From Malacoraja senta (lineage: Eukaryota), in the NCBI GenBank assembly GCA_038087875.1, contig CM076001.1, positions 808,001 to 872,000 of the forward strand: a stretch of 64,000 bases of DNA, read 5' to 3'. A program made the position numbers and the translations under genes. The notes under the pieces were generated by a model. That model worked only from the letters and a program-made list of their open reading frames with translations. It had not been told where the DNA came from and searched no databases. Shown one piece after another: positions 12,288-25,764 of this stretch. Each line of letters starts with the position of its first letter. The stretch's first letter is position 1.

Positions 12288-14228
12288 AGGTTGGCTGGAT
12301 GGCAAAAGACAAAGAGTGGCAATAAAGGGGCCTTTTTCTGGTTGGCTGCCAGTGACAAGCGGAGTTCCTCAAGGGTCGGTTCTGGGACCGCTACTCTTCA
12401 CATTGTATATTAATGATTTGGACGAGGGGGTTGAAGGCTTCGTGGCAAAGTTTGCGGATGATATGAAAATAGGTGTTGGGGCAGGTAGTGTAGAGAAAAC
12501 AGGGACACTGCAGAAGGACTTGGACAGGTTAGGAGAGTGGGCAGAGAAGTGACAGATGGAATATAGTGTAGCAAAGTGTGGAGTCATGCATTTTGGTAGT
12601 AGGAATAAAGGCATAGACCATTTTCTAAATGGGGTGAGAATCCAGAAATCGGAGGTGCAAAGGGTGCAGGATTCCCAAAAAGTTATTCTGCAAGCAAATC
12701 GGTAGTAAAGAAAGCAAACTCAATGCTAGCATTTAATTCAAGAGGGCTTGTATACAAAAACAGGTATTAATGTTGAGGCTCTATTAGGTACTGGTAGAAA
12801 CATAGAAACATAGAAAATAGGTGCAGGAGTAGGCCATTCGGCCCTTCCATGATCAGCCATTCAATATGATCATGGCTGATCATCCAACTCAGTATCCTGT
12901 ACCTGCCTTCTCTCCATACCTCCTGATCCCTTTAGCCACAAGGGTCACATCTAACTCCCTCTTAAATATAGCCAATGAACTGGCCTCAACTACCTTCTGT
13001 GGCAGAGAATTCCAGAGATTCACCACTCTCTGTGAGAAAAATGTTTTTCTCATCTCGGTCCTAAAAGATTTCCCCCTTATCCTTAAAAACTGTGACCCCT
13101 TGTTCTGGACTTCCCCAACATCGGGAACAATCTTCTTGCATCTAGCCTGTCCAACCCCTTAAGAATTTTGTAAGTTTCTATAAGATCCCCCCTCAATCTT
13201 CTAAATTCTAGCGAGTATATGCCGAGTCTATCCAGTCTTTCTTCATATGAAAGTCCTGACATCCCAGGAATCAGTCTGGTGAACCTTCTCTGTACTCCCT
13301 CTATGGCAAGAATGTCTTTCCTCAGATTTGGAGACCAAAACTGTACGCAATACTCCAGGTGTGGTCTCACCAAGACCCTGTACAACTACAGTAGAACCTC
13401 CCTGCTCCTATACTCAAATCCTTTTGCTATGAATGCTAACATACCATTCGCTTTCTTCACTGCCTGCTGCACCTGCATGCCTGCTTTCAATGACTGGTGT
13501 ACCATGACACCCAGGTCTCGTTGCATCTCCCCTTTTCCTAATCGGCCACCATTCAGATAATAGTCTACTTTCTTGTTTTTGCCACCAAAGTGGATAACCT
13601 CACATTTATCCACATTATACTGCATCTGCCATGCATTTGCCCACTCACCCAGCCTATCCAAGTCACCTTGCAGCCTCCTAGCATCCTCCTCACAGCTAAC
13701 ACTGTAAGGCCGCATTTGGAATATTGTGAGCGATTTTGTGCATCATATCTGTGGAAGGATGTGCTGGCTCTGGAGAGGGTCCAGGGGAGGTTTACAAGAA
13801 TGATATCAGGAATGAGTAGGTTAACCTATGATGAGCGTTTGTCGGCACTGGGCCTGTACTCGCTGTAGAATAAGGGGAACCTCATTGAAACATACAGAAT
13901 AGTGAAAGGCTTGTATAGAGTAGATGTGGAGAGGATGTTTCCACTGGTGGAAGAGTCCAGGACTAGAGGTCATGGCCTCAGAATTATAGGATGTTCTTTT
14001 AGGAAGAAGATGAGGAAAACTGTCTTTGGTCAGCGGGTGGTGAATCTGTGGAAGGATATTTTTGGCAGAGATAGACAGATTTTTGATTAGTGCAGGTGTT
14101 AGAGGTTATGGGGAGAAGGCAGGAGAATGAGGTTACGAGGGAAAGATAGATTACCATGATTGAATGGCGGAGTAGACTTGATGGGCTGAAAGACCTAATT
14201 CTACTCTAATTTCTTATGACCTTATGAC
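12288..14228 (+). mobile_element. CR1 LINE RT region and 3' end, interrupted by an antisense CR1
   Basis: [23 protein letters not shown]...KFADD RT motifs. Resumes near 13703 with VRPHLEYC. CTTATGA-type tail near 14210-14228. Confidence 0.9.
12796..13702 (-). mobile_element. Young CR1 LINE 3' fragment nested in the older CR1
   Basis: [30 protein letters not shown]...VRPHLEYCVQFWSP. Nearly identical to 34939-35793. Confidence 0.92.
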
Positions 14229-15169
14229 AAATTTTCATCTTCTGGAATCTTGTGTCAGCCTTTCAATTCTTTTCACACAGTTCCAGTAGATTACACATCC
14301 ATAACTGAGTTATATTTCAAGTGGGAAAATATAATTTCAATTCTCTGCCATCTTTCTCCCTTCACTGCACCATATATAATTTTACGCTGTGTAATGACCT
14401 AAGTGGATGGTTTGATTGTAAGATAGAGTACATTGTTTTCTGCAGCAACAATTTGACCATTAACATTTCCAAAGACAACGTGGATGAATCCAAACCTTTT
14501 GGAATCAAGGTTGTTACTTTCTTGTGAATTTCATTGTCTTGTGGATAGTTAAAACAACAGGAATTCAGAGAAAATACATGTTATCTTCATCCGATCTTTC
14601 TTCCTTCACAGCTGACAAATTATGGAGCCTTCTTTGTTGTTCATGGCATCTTAAGTTGTTGAAATTTGGTCAATTTATAGGTACATGGGCCATAAAACTG
14701 CCTTTACTGTACATTGCCCAGTCTCACAACTGTAGGTACGGTTTGGCATGTTCTTACTATGGATGTACCTGCACTCTAGAAAACTAATTTTACATTTCTG
14801 AATTCCATTCCCAAATTAAGTGCTTTAAAATCTAGATCCATTAACATTTCTAGATCTATTAAAACATTGCATTTTTAAAATTACATTTATGACATTCAAA
14901 CCATCTCGGTTACTTTCCTGCCTTTATTTTTCACTATGGAAAATGCTTGAGGTGGTCATAAAAGCTTGCATTTTAAATTCCTGATTTCCATTTGTGATTG
15001 GGTGCTTGGCATGCTTTATATTGTTGGGCACAAGGGATCACTCACAAAGTAACACCTGATATTGGGGAACACCAAGATCACAGAATCTCTGTGGTTTGCT
15101 TTCTTTGATGTCAGTGGTAAACTCTTGACTCATTACTCTTGACTCAACCAAAATTATTTCTGAAATATT

Positions 15170-15383
15170 GGTCATAAATTTGGTGCAAAAATGCTCCAAA
15201 ATAAGGCTCAGAATGCACCAGAGAGCATCTAAAACCCCAGAGCTTCCAGTGCTCTTAAGCGGGCCCTGGACCCCGGCCGCGAGGGTCTTTGAGCTTCGCG
15301 CTTGTGATATGCACTTATTTCACATACATTTTTTGTAATCCTGCTATGCCACCCCCCTTTTTGAAAAGCTTCATACGGGCCTG
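15170..15383. mobile_element. Probable hAT/MITE terminal fragment
   Basis: GC-rich subterminal segment ending TCATACGGGCCTG (CAGG-type terminus). Partner end not found. Confidence 0.35.
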
Positions 15384-16179
15384 AGTGTATAATATTTTTG
15401 ACTGTCATAGGCCTTTCTTACATATGCTGTCTCAACACACTGTAGTCTCTAAACAACACTTCAGTAATTTTCCTTGCCCTCCATTTCAGAATAATAGTGT
15501 TTTAAGCCGATAATTTGACACTAGCACTGGCAATAAATAAAAAGCGCAGCTTTCCAGCCCTTATCTCATTGGCCACGCTCGGCTGCACATCGGTGTCAAT
15601 CTTGTGGACTCTTCCATCTTCCTCTCGTCGTGGGGGTGGGGGATTGGAGGGGCCTCACAAGTGGAATAGCTAGGGCCTCTCTTCATCTAAATCCGGCCCT
15701 TGTTCTGTGTTTCTACTTTCTAGAAAGCTGGTAAGTTATTTTATTCATTGACAAGTCATTCCTAGCAAAGGCAACACATATTCACAATCCTGAATAGCCA
15801 TTTAATTGACTGATTTAATGGATCAATTTAGAGGGCAGTTAAGAGGCATGTACATTGATAGAATTGGAGATACAGATAGGCTGGAATGGCTGGGGAAGGA
15901 TATACAGTGAAGCTGGTGGTTTATGGCACTGTTACTGACAACGTTGTTTTTTTTAATTCATTACAGATTTACTTGAATTTAAGTTTCTGAAATATTATGG
16001 TTGAATTCAAACCTGTCATTGGGTAACTCTAATTATCCAACAGTAATTTGATAATCCATCCCTGTACATTCAGAAATGTTCAATGGGCTAATCTCGCAGA
16101 AAAATACCTGAAGATTGTATTCAACTGTTATCTCTGCTAGAGTCCTTGTGTAATGGAAGTAAATTATCAGTTTAAACAA

Positions 16180-17125
16180 AATCAGAGAGTTGTACAGCAT
16201 ACAAACAGGCCCTTTGGCCCACTCTATCTAGGCTGACCATCATGTCTATCCCACGTAGATTCATCGAGCTATACAGCATGGAAAGTGGCCCTTTGGCCCA
16301 ACGACCATGCTGGCCAAATGTGCATTCTGCGCTAGTCCCATTTGTCGGCATTTGGTCCGTATCTCTCTTAACCGTGTGTCTGTCCAAACATGTTTTCAAA
16401 GTCATAATTGTATCTGCTTTTATAGCTCCCTCAGGGAGGTCATTCCAGATATAGACTACCCTTCAAATGTAAAAGTTACCCCTGAGGTCTCTCTTAAGTC
16501 TCTTCCCTCTCACCTTAAGCCTATGCCCTACTTTTAGAATCCTCTGACCGGGAAAAGACTGGTGAATGTTCACTTTATCCATGCCCCTCATAATTCTATA
16601 TACTTCAATAAAGTCAGATGCTGTAAAGAAAAAAAATCTAAGCCTATCCATCCTTTCCCTATATATCAAACCCATAAGTACAGGTGACATCTTGGTGAAT
16701 CTTTCCTGCACCATTTCCCACTTAATGACGCACTTGTCTGCATTACTTCCATATCCCTCCACACCTTGCACATTGAAGTACCAGTCCAGGTGCTTCTGAA
16801 ATGTTATTACTACTCCTGCCTCTATCACCTCTGGCAGCTCATTCCAGATACTAACTACTCTATGTGGAACCTTTCCCTGTCAGATCCACTTTCAAACTCC
16901 TCTCTCTCACCTTAAGCCTGTGCCCTCTAGTTTGGGAAACAGAATCTGGCTATCTACCGTAAAGGTGCCTCTCATCATTTTATTTAACTCTATCATGTTA
17001 CCTCTCAGCCTCTTTTGCTGCAGAGAAACCAGACCTAAACCAATCTTTCCTTATAACACAAAGTCTTCAATCCAGGCAACATCCTTGCAATTTTTTTTGT
17101 GCAACCCCTCAAACTTAATCGCATC
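16180..17125 (-). mobile_element. Cluster of degraded CR1 3' fragments
   Basis: VQERFTKM, DFIEVYRIMRGMDKV and GHRLKVRG motifs; several CR1 3' UTR segments. Confidence 0.75.
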
Positions 17126-17641
17126 TTTTACTTTGTTACATTTTCCAACTTACAATGGTCAAACCCTGAAAGGTTTTGCTGGTTGATCTAACATAAGCAG
17201 GGCATGAGGGGAAAATTCTTCTGCTGCAAAATAAAAAGTGTGAAAGCTGGAAATCAGCAGCAAGTTGGACATTAAAAAAATGATTAAATAAAGATTTTTA
17301 ATATTTACAAGTATTACAAGGTGATTTGGTCTTTGAATGCCGGAGGCATTTTGAAGCTTTTAAAAATTGCTCAGAACTATAAGATCAGAGAAGATAGTGT
17401 TCCAGGCAAGGTTTTTACATGAGCATTTCCTCACAGGCAACTATGCCAACAAGAACTGTACCATTCATTGTTTTGATTGGAATTGCACTAATAAGGAATT
17501 GTGGGACTTTCAAGTAGGAGGTATTCCTTGAGCTTAAGCCTTTGAAGATGATGTTGGGCTCAAGTCTTGATATCATACTTCATGATAGGAATTTGTGTTA
17601 CAGATTTGATTCACCATTGGGACACCCACAGCACAGAACTG

Positions 17642-17969
17642 AGTTTAATTTAGTTTAGAGATACAGCATGAAAACAGGCCCTTCGGCCCACCGAGTCCAC
17701 GCCAACCATCGTTCAACTCTTCCCACTAGTTCTATGGTATCCTGCTTTCTCATCCACTGCCGACACATTAGGGGCAATTTATAGAGGCCAATTAACCTAC
17801 AAACTCACATGTCTTTGAGATGTGAAAGGAAACCAGAGCACCCGGAGAAAACCCACGCTGTCACAGGTAGAGCGTGCAAACAACATAGACAGCATCCGAG
17901 GTCAGGATTGAGCCCGGGTGTCTGGCACTGTGAGGCAGTATCTCTTCTGCTGCACCACTGTGCCACCCT
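17642..17969 (-). mobile_element. V-SINE/HE1-like SINE
   Basis: Same head, core and (TAAAC) tail as 7338-7646. Confidence 0.85.
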
Positions 17970-18827
17970 ATTGTGTGAATTGGTGACAATCCAATACAAT
18001 GAAAATAACCAGTTCTGGACTCCTTTGTTAAAAATGCGCTGCAGAGCTCTTCCTTATCCTGCCACGTTTTTGATCCTGAGTTCTAATATTTGACTCCTTT
18101 TGCCCTTGTCCTTAAAACCTTCATGGTTTCACAAGAGTTGACACCTAAAATAACATAGAAAGAAACAAATAATTAATTTACCTTTAACTGTTACAAGAGT
18201 ATATTTGTACTGTGATGATATGTTCTCATCTCCGAATGCCCTGACCTTCTCTTTCACTCACGTCAAGCCCACAGTGCCTAAGTGTTTTTTTTACTTGTTA
18301 ATTTAAATGGACAGAGAAGCAGAGGCTGCCAGCTCATGAGTTCATGACCAGACTCCCTGCAAACACAGTGTGTGCTGTGGGAGCCCCATTGGTGAATCAA
18401 GCCCATAACACAAACTCAAGTTAATCTATTTGACATTCATTTATTTTTAAATACCTTCCACCTTATTCCCAAACAAGCAGCAAAAATGTACCAGCAGAGT
18501 ATAAAAGTGTTGGCAGGGATTTTCCTCTTCAGTGCCTCTGTAGTGGATCAAAAGTGGATTTTAGGCTATTGTAAACACCATTCAATGATTTAGTTTCTAT
18601 TTCTATGTCTACTTCAATACCAGGTATAGTGAAGAACATTTATTTCTATACATGTCATAGTATAATGCTCCAATGCTCTAAATCATTTATTTCAGTTACA
18701 AAAGTGAACACAGCTCCTTTTGAGGTTCCGACTAGTTAGCACGCAACAAAAGCTTTTCATTGTACCTTGGTACATGTAACAATAAACTAAAACAAACTTA
18801 ATCAGATATTATTACATGCAATATATA

Positions 18828-20316
18828 CTAGACCAAGAGCAGACCCATTGGGTTTGTTCCCCAACGCAAGATTCCACCACTTACCCGTTCCCCCAACACA
18901 ATATTGCACCACTCATGCATAGCCCCCAACTGCGCAGGCGCGGCTCATTTCTCCTCATCCCCCAGCACTCCCTCCTCCTCCTCTTTACCCTCCCTCTCCA
19001 ATCCCTAGAGAGTGAGGGGGGTAGAGAGGGAGGGGGGTAGAGAGGGAGGGGGGTAAGAGAGGGAGGGGGATAGAGAAGGAGGGGGTAGAGAGGGAGGGGG
19101 TAGAGAGGGAGCGGGGTAGAGAAGGAGGGGGGCAGAGAAGGAGGGGGGTAGAGAGGGAGGGGGGTAGAGAGGGAGGGGGTAGAGAGGGAGCGAGGTAGAG
19201 ATGGATGGGGGGCAGATAGGGAGGGGGAGGGCGGTAGAGAGGGAGAGAGGCAGAGATGGAGGGGGTAGAGAGAGAGGGAGGGGGTAGAGGCAGATGGAGG
19301 GGGTAGACTGGGGGGGAGGGAGGATAGAGAGGAAGAGGACGAGGGAGGGAGGGGGTAGAGAGGGAGAGGAGCAGAGACAGAGGGGGTAGAGGGCGAGGGG
19401 TAGAGGGAGAGGGAAGGGTAGAGTGGGGGGGAGGGAGGGTAGCGAGGGGAAGGACGACGGAAGGAGAGGGAGGGGGGTAGAGAGGGAGGGGGATAGAGAG
19501 GGAGGGGGTTAGAGAGGGTGGGAGTGACGGTAGATAGGGAGAGGGCATCTCTCTCCTGCACCCCTCCCCATTTCCCACATCCACACCCCCATCTCCCTCT
19601 ACCAGCCCACTCCCCACCCCATCTCCTCATTTCCCGCATCCTCCTCCTTTGTCCCAGGATGTACCCAGGTCGTAGAGTAGCACCAGGGCCTGGAACGGCC
19701 TGGTTCTCGTACTCGGCCCGGCCCTGGCTGTAAACTCCAGCCGTCAGCTCGGCCACCGCATGGGCTCCCCTGCAGGCCCCGACTTCATCTCCGGACTCCA
19801 GCCATCAACTCGGCTGCCGCCTGGGCTCCATCTCCAGGCTCGTCCCTGACCCCGGACACAGGCTCGTCCTTGGTTCCAGCGGCGGCTTCTTTTTCGGCCC
19901 TGGTCATGGCTCCATCCCAAGCTCTGGGCTCGGCCCTCACTCCAGCTCCAGCACCACTCTCCCCATCGGGTGTCAGGTGTCGGGCGCCGGCAGCGGCCGC
20001 CATGCGAGCGCTGGAGTGCCCCTCCCTCCCGAAGTGTCCCATCCTGCTTGTGAGTGCATTGTGAGGTCACTCATTTTTTTTTCCAAAATGGGTGAGTTTT
20101 CGGGCTGTTTTTAAAACTTTAAATGATTAAAAAGTTCGTAAATATAGGTGGGAATGCGACGGGAAGATGTTTTTCGCCTTGGTGGGAAAAACGCTGTGGC
20201 CTAGCGTTTGGAAGAAATAGGAAAATAGGAATATTAACCAGATTTTCTCACACACACACACACACACGCGCACACGCGCACACACGCACACACGCACACA
20301 CAGTTTTAGTATTGTG
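18828..20316 (-). mobile_element. Non-autonomous Helitron-like element with a purine/pyrimidine-skewed low-complexity tract and GC-rich internal segment
   Basis: Minus-strand 3' end CTAG followed by T, with hairpin AGACCCATTGGGTTT nearby. Subterminal CCCCAACGCAAGATTCCACC resembles the other Helitron ends. The 5' region reads ATACTAAAACTGTGTG. Confidence 0.65.
19005..19545. repeat. G/A-rich low-complexity tandem repeat (GAGAGGGAGGGGGTA-like units)
   Basis: Direct reading; G-quadruplex-prone on the + strand. Confidence 0.92.
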
Positions 20317-21894
20317 CTAGACTAAGTGGGACCCGTTGGGTCCCATGTTCACATGGGAGGGCTGGTCCCCCAAAGCATTATTCCACCTCGCCACCAATTC
20401 CAATATTGGTGGACAGTGGGGCGGGGGGGAATTCTGGAGCGCTAGTATGGGTGTTATGGGCCAAAGGGACAGGTTTCCAGAGGGCTACTAATGACATTGT
20501 GGGCCGAATGGATTCTTGGGCTGGCAGCTCATTCACTCAGGGCAGGCCAAACAGCTCATTGCATTTTCATTTCATTTCCATTTCCATTGCAGTTTCAAGC
20601 ATAGGGCAGGCCAAACTGCTCATTGCATTTTCATTTCATTTCCATTTCCATTTCCATTGCAGTTTCAAGCACAGGGCAGACCAAACAGCTCATTGCATTT
20701 GCATTTCATTTCCATTTCCATTTGCATTGCAGTTTCAAGCACAGGGCAGGCCAAACAGCTCATTGCATTTTCATTTCATTTCCATTTCCATTGCAGTTTC
20801 AAGCACAAGGCAGGCCAAACAGCTCATTGCATTTTCATTTCATTTCCATTTCCATAGCAGTTTCAAGCACAGGGCAGACCAAACAGCTCATTCCATTTTC
20901 ATTTCATTTCCATTTCCATTTCCATTGCAGCTTCAAGCACAGGGCAGGCCAAACAGCTCATTGCATTTTCATTTAATTTCCATTTCCATTGCAGTTTCAA
21001 GCACAGGGCAGGCCAAACAGCCCATTGCATTTTCATTTCATTTCCATTTCCATTGCAGTTTCAAGCACAGGGCAGGCCAAACAGCTCATTGCATTTTCAT
21101 TTCATTTCCATTTCCATTGCAGTTTCAAGCACAGGGCAGGCCAAACAGCTCATTGCATTTTCATTTCATTTCCATTTCCATAGCAGTTTCAAGCACAGGG
21201 CACGCCAAACAGCTCATTGCATTTTCATTTCATTTCCATTTCCATTGCAGTTTCAAGCACAGGGCAGGCCAAACAGCTCATTGCATTTTCATTCATTTCC
21301 ATTTCCATTGCAGTTTCAAGCACAGGGCAGGCCAAACAGCTCATTGCATTTTCATTTCATTTTCATTTCCATTTCCATTGCAGTTTCAAGCACAGGGCAG
21401 GCCAAACAGCTCATTGCATTTTCATTTCATTTCCATTTCCATTGCAGTTTCAAGCACAGGACAGGCCAAACAACTCATTTCATTTCCATTAAGGGCTAAC
21501 AAATAATTTATTGCAAATACATTGCAGTCTCACAGTTCAGTTGATTCACAGCTTAGAATCACAGTTGTGGACTCTCCCTCGCGATCTTCCAGAGTGACTG
21601 ACTCACGTCCGGACATCCGGGGTTTTATAGTTCTGCCCCCTCCCCCCCCCCCGGAAGGGGCGTTACCTTAATTTTGGTGATTGACAGGCGAGAGGATTAA
21701 TCAGCTGATCTCAAGATTTTTTAAGCACTCATAATAAAAAAAATTTCATCGATCGGAAAAATCCTCAGCGCCTCAGCGGAGGAGGACTGTGAGTAAGATG
21801 GCCAAAAATCATAGGGATATACGGTAGCATTTTTTCTAAAATCAATATATGGCGCAGACAGGAAGTGGTCAAGAAGAGACGTTTAGTTATAAGA
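20317..21894 (-). mobile_element. Non-autonomous Helitron-like element with a 64-bp minisatellite
   Basis: Minus-strand 5' TCTTATAACTAAACGTCTC resembles the start at 2682. The 3' end has a perfect 7-bp-stem hairpin GGGACCCAACGGGTCCC (20328-20344) followed by ACTTAGTCTAG. Confidence 0.82.
20537..21490. repeat. ~64-bp minisatellite, ~15 copies
   Basis: Unit CAGGGCAGGCCAAACAGCTCATTGCATTTTCATTTCATTTCCATTTCCATTGCAGTTTCAAGCA. Confidence 0.95.
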
Positions 21895-22699
21895 CGTTGT
21901 AGTGCCCTGCACACCACATACAACTCTGTTGTAATTATTTTAATTGAGAGCAATTCTTTAACTTTTTGGAAGATCTCGGGTGTCATTTTATGCAACAAGA
22001 ATAATTAAACTATTTGCCAGACGAACCTGTTGAAATTTGAATTCAATGTTTATCCTAGGCTCATGGAAACATCTTGCTTTGCATACATAAGCAGCTGACA
22101 GTGTAATGGTAGGTGTGCTTATTCAGATGGAATATAGCAAATATGGGAATGCAACTGGAGTGACTAAAGCAAAGATTTTACTGAAACTTTATGACTTCTG
22201 TGTTTGCATGAGTAGCCTCCAGAATTGTTCCTGATTGTCAATAAAACTCTCCCTGCAAAATACATTGAGCACCACTGCGCTAGATTGATTCTTAAGATGA
22301 AAAGTACTCCTATGGAGATTGACTGAGATTGGTCTATAGTTATTGGAATTTAGAAGAATGAGAGATTAACTCTTTGAGGTGTGTGTATTAAAGGATTCAT
22401 GCCATGACACGTTTTCTTTGTGATGGAGGGTTTCATCTCAGGTCAAGGGGTAGAACCGAGATTTAGCAATAAGCAAAGGAGGAACTTTTTAATGCAGAAA
22501 TTTGGGTAGGGTGCTAGCAGAGGATATGAATCTCTGATATTCTCTGCTCTGGAAGGATTTGGAGGCTAGATCATTGGAAATATTTAAAGAGAAAACATAT
22601 AAAGATTCTAAGGATCAGGGAATTGAGGGCTATGGAACACTGGCAGATGAGACCAAGATGAGAGGAGATGAGACCAAGAGCAGATCTGACATGCTCATA

Positions 22700-23180
22700 A
22701 TTTTGCGCATTAGTGCAAAAAACAACAAGAAGCTGGACAAACTGGTTAAATGAGCTAGCTCAGTGCTGGAGGGGAGAGTGGACTCTGGGATGGATGTGCT
22801 TGAGAGGCATATGAGGGGCAAGGTGCAGGTCATCCTGAAAAACCCCGGGCATCCCCTCCATGTAATTCTGGAGAGTCAAAAGAGCACTTGGAACAACAAC
22901 CGGCTCCTCTCCCTGCGCTGTAGAACGGAGTGGTTCAGGAGATCCTTCACCCCTGCAACCATTAGATTTTATAATCTGGACCGCTAGGCTGTAGGGGGGT
23001 GCATTTTTGCATTTACATTTTTTAAAAATAGTTAAGTATAGGTCTTTTAAAGTATTTATTGCTCTCAGGTAGTGTCCACATTGTATTTCATGTATTTTCT
23101 GTCTGCGTTCATTTTGAATGTGTGGTTTTGTTGGTTGCGGGCTTCTGGACATCTGAATTTCCCTGAGGGGATCAATAAAG

Positions 23181-23236
<56 letters not shown>
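22700..23236 (+). mobile_element. Rex1/Babar LINE 3' fragment with (TAT)n tail
   Basis: KLDKLVK*ASSVL...ILKNPGHPLH...RCRTEWFRRSFTPATIRFYN, then GAATTTCCCTGAGGGGATCAATAAAGTA and (TTA)n. Confidence 0.85.
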
Positions 23237-24099
23237 GGTGGGCAGGCATGAGGGACCAAGAGGCCTACCTCTACTCTTATTTTATCATGTTCTTCTATTT
23301 CTCAGATAAGCTTCAGTTGGAAAATGCAAAGCCTGAGCCCAATGTGTAGGAAGGAATTGCAGATGCTGGTTTACACTGAAGATAGACACAAAATGCTGGA
23401 GTAAATCAGAGGTACAGGCAGCATCTCTGGATAGAAGGAATGGGTGGCGTTCGGGTTAAGACCCTTCTTCAGACAGTCTGAGACCCTTCTTCAGACAGTC
23501 TGAAACCAAATAAGGGAGCCTCTTGCTGTTGTGGCAAAATAAATACAAGACCAGCAACACCACAGAATACTGAAAACTGACATTCACATTCTAAACCTGG
23601 TTCTCTCAGCTGGATTGATGTGTGTAGCACAAATACCCAATACTTATTTGCGATTTATTTCCTCCATTGCTATGGTCACTGACATGCCCTGGGGAATTTT
23701 GTTATCTGTGCGATGACTTCATTTAATTGAATATTTCATGCTTTCATGACCTTTTCCTGAATAAGACTGATAACGGAAAATGCACCCACCTCAGCTTGCT
23801 CACAAAAGTGCTACACTCTCACAATACCTGCTTCTGGCTAGATTGAGAATCCGGTTGTCATGTTCAATAAATTAAAAACAGCCAGCAGCTGTCTCCGCAC
23901 AGCCTAATTTGTTGCACGAAACGGGATTTTGTTATTTTGACTGTGGATTACCCAGCGGTTCAGGAGTATAATAGGTATGCAGAATGGAAAATCTACCAAT
24001 GAATTGTACAGAAAAAATTGTGTCATCACACCTCCAACTCACGCACTCGTCCACGACTACGTTACATCAGCTCCTGATTTAACAACATTTGATTTTTGA

Positions 24100-24370
24100 A
24101 GAGAAGACACCAAGTGCTGGAGTAACTCAGTAGGTCAAGCAGCATCTCTGGAGGACATGCATCGGAGATTTTTCTGGTCGGGATCCGAGTGTTAGGGAAT
24201 AAATTCTAGAGTTTGAAGCCTTGTGAGCTGAAGACATGGTCACTAGTAGTTGATCAATTGAGCGAGGGGAAGCATATCCACCTTCTGCAAAGAAGCTGCC
24301 TGACCTACTGAGGTACTCAAGCACTTTGTGTCCTCTTTTTTTAAGCCAGCAACAGCAGTTCCGTGTTCCG
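24100..24370. mobile_element. Fold-back Penelope pLTR-derived insertion with 15-bp TSD
   Basis: Inverted pLTR arms around a spacer. ACATTTGATTTTTGA at 24085-24099 and 24371-24385. Confidence 0.75.
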
Positions 24371-25764
24371 ACATTTGATTTTTGAGATCTGATCCTTCTT
24401 TTCAAATCCCCCCCCCTCCCCCCCCCCAAAAGACCTTTCTGCTCACTAATGTGAATATGCCCCAGCTCCCCCAGCCCTGTGTGTATCAGTATCAGGCCAT
24501 CTGTTACCCTGCAAACCCCCTACACCCCCCCCCCACCTCCCCACCATTTGCAATTTACTCTTAGGCTGCTGTTCAGAGCTCAAACTGGCAAATAATTTGG
24601 GGATTACCAGTTCTTCCATTTGCAGTCAGACAAAAAAATAAATCCAGGATTCACAATTTTTGTAGCTAAAAGAGTTGCCCAACCAATTGGAAGTTGATTA
24701 AAAATAAATGAACATAGAACCTTACTCTTTAAAGATAGATCAGACAGTGGAGCAGTTTTCACAAAATTCAAACAGGTTTCAACGCATAACATTTGAAAAA
24801 CATGGATTATTTAGAACAAGTATTATTAACTAGAATGGGAAAGTTTATTTCTTCCTCCTTTTTATGTGTGTGTTTTTTAAATGTTTTAGATTGGTTTGGT
24901 ATCTATGATTTAAAATATTTATCACACAAAATGCATGATGCATCTTGATGGCCTTTCCTATCAGTTCCTATTAGACTGTTGAATTAACCATAATGTAGCT
25001 AGAACTCAGAAAAGGATGAAGGAAATCCAAAAATATTTTTCTCTCAGTTCTTCGAAACAGGACTTGTTAGTCATGCTGTCATGTAAATCTTATGTAAATA
25101 TGTTAGGTATAGTGAATGGCAATATATTAATATCCCATAATAGATATTTCCAAGTTTTATGAAAATGTATGTTATTGAAATATTAAAACCTTCTTGATCC
25201 ATAAGTTCCTCTTGATTCCTCATTTCATTTATGGTCAATCACAAGGGATGATATCACTTGTGGAGACAGATATGGCAATGAATTAGATAGATTATTAACA
25301 AAGGAAATCTTAATAGTGTGATGCAATGAAATCCTGTGTAACAAGCTGAAACAATACATTATTCACTGTTAAGCCTATCAGAGACAGAAACCCTCAAATA
25401 AGAAGTGAAAAAAGTAAATTTTGTATTAAAAATGTTGGCTCAACCATTGATTCAATTCATGATCTATCTGATAATGAGGCAGCCCACGAAACCTGACAAT
25501 CTCAATTTGTACTGACACTAATGCCACAGAAGTGCAAGGTAATGACAAATTCCAGGTGACTCTATTTCCCTGCAATGATAGCATCACTACTGAGCCACTC
25601 ATTGCCCTTGTTCTAAAGAGGCCACCATTGTCCAGAAGCATGATTAAACAAACCCCATAGGTACTACATTGATGAATAAGGTAGGGACAACATTCTGTGA
25701 TGAGTGGCTCTTCACATCAACACTCAAACCTCCCCACCATATTCAAAAGTTCACGTTCACTAAT

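Noticed and set aside
18881..19756. Pro/Ser/Leu-rich extensin-like ORFs
   Set aside because: They are products of a G/A low-complexity tract.
20406..21506. 366-aa repetitive ORF
   Set aside because: It is a read-through of the 64-bp minisatellite with frame cycling.
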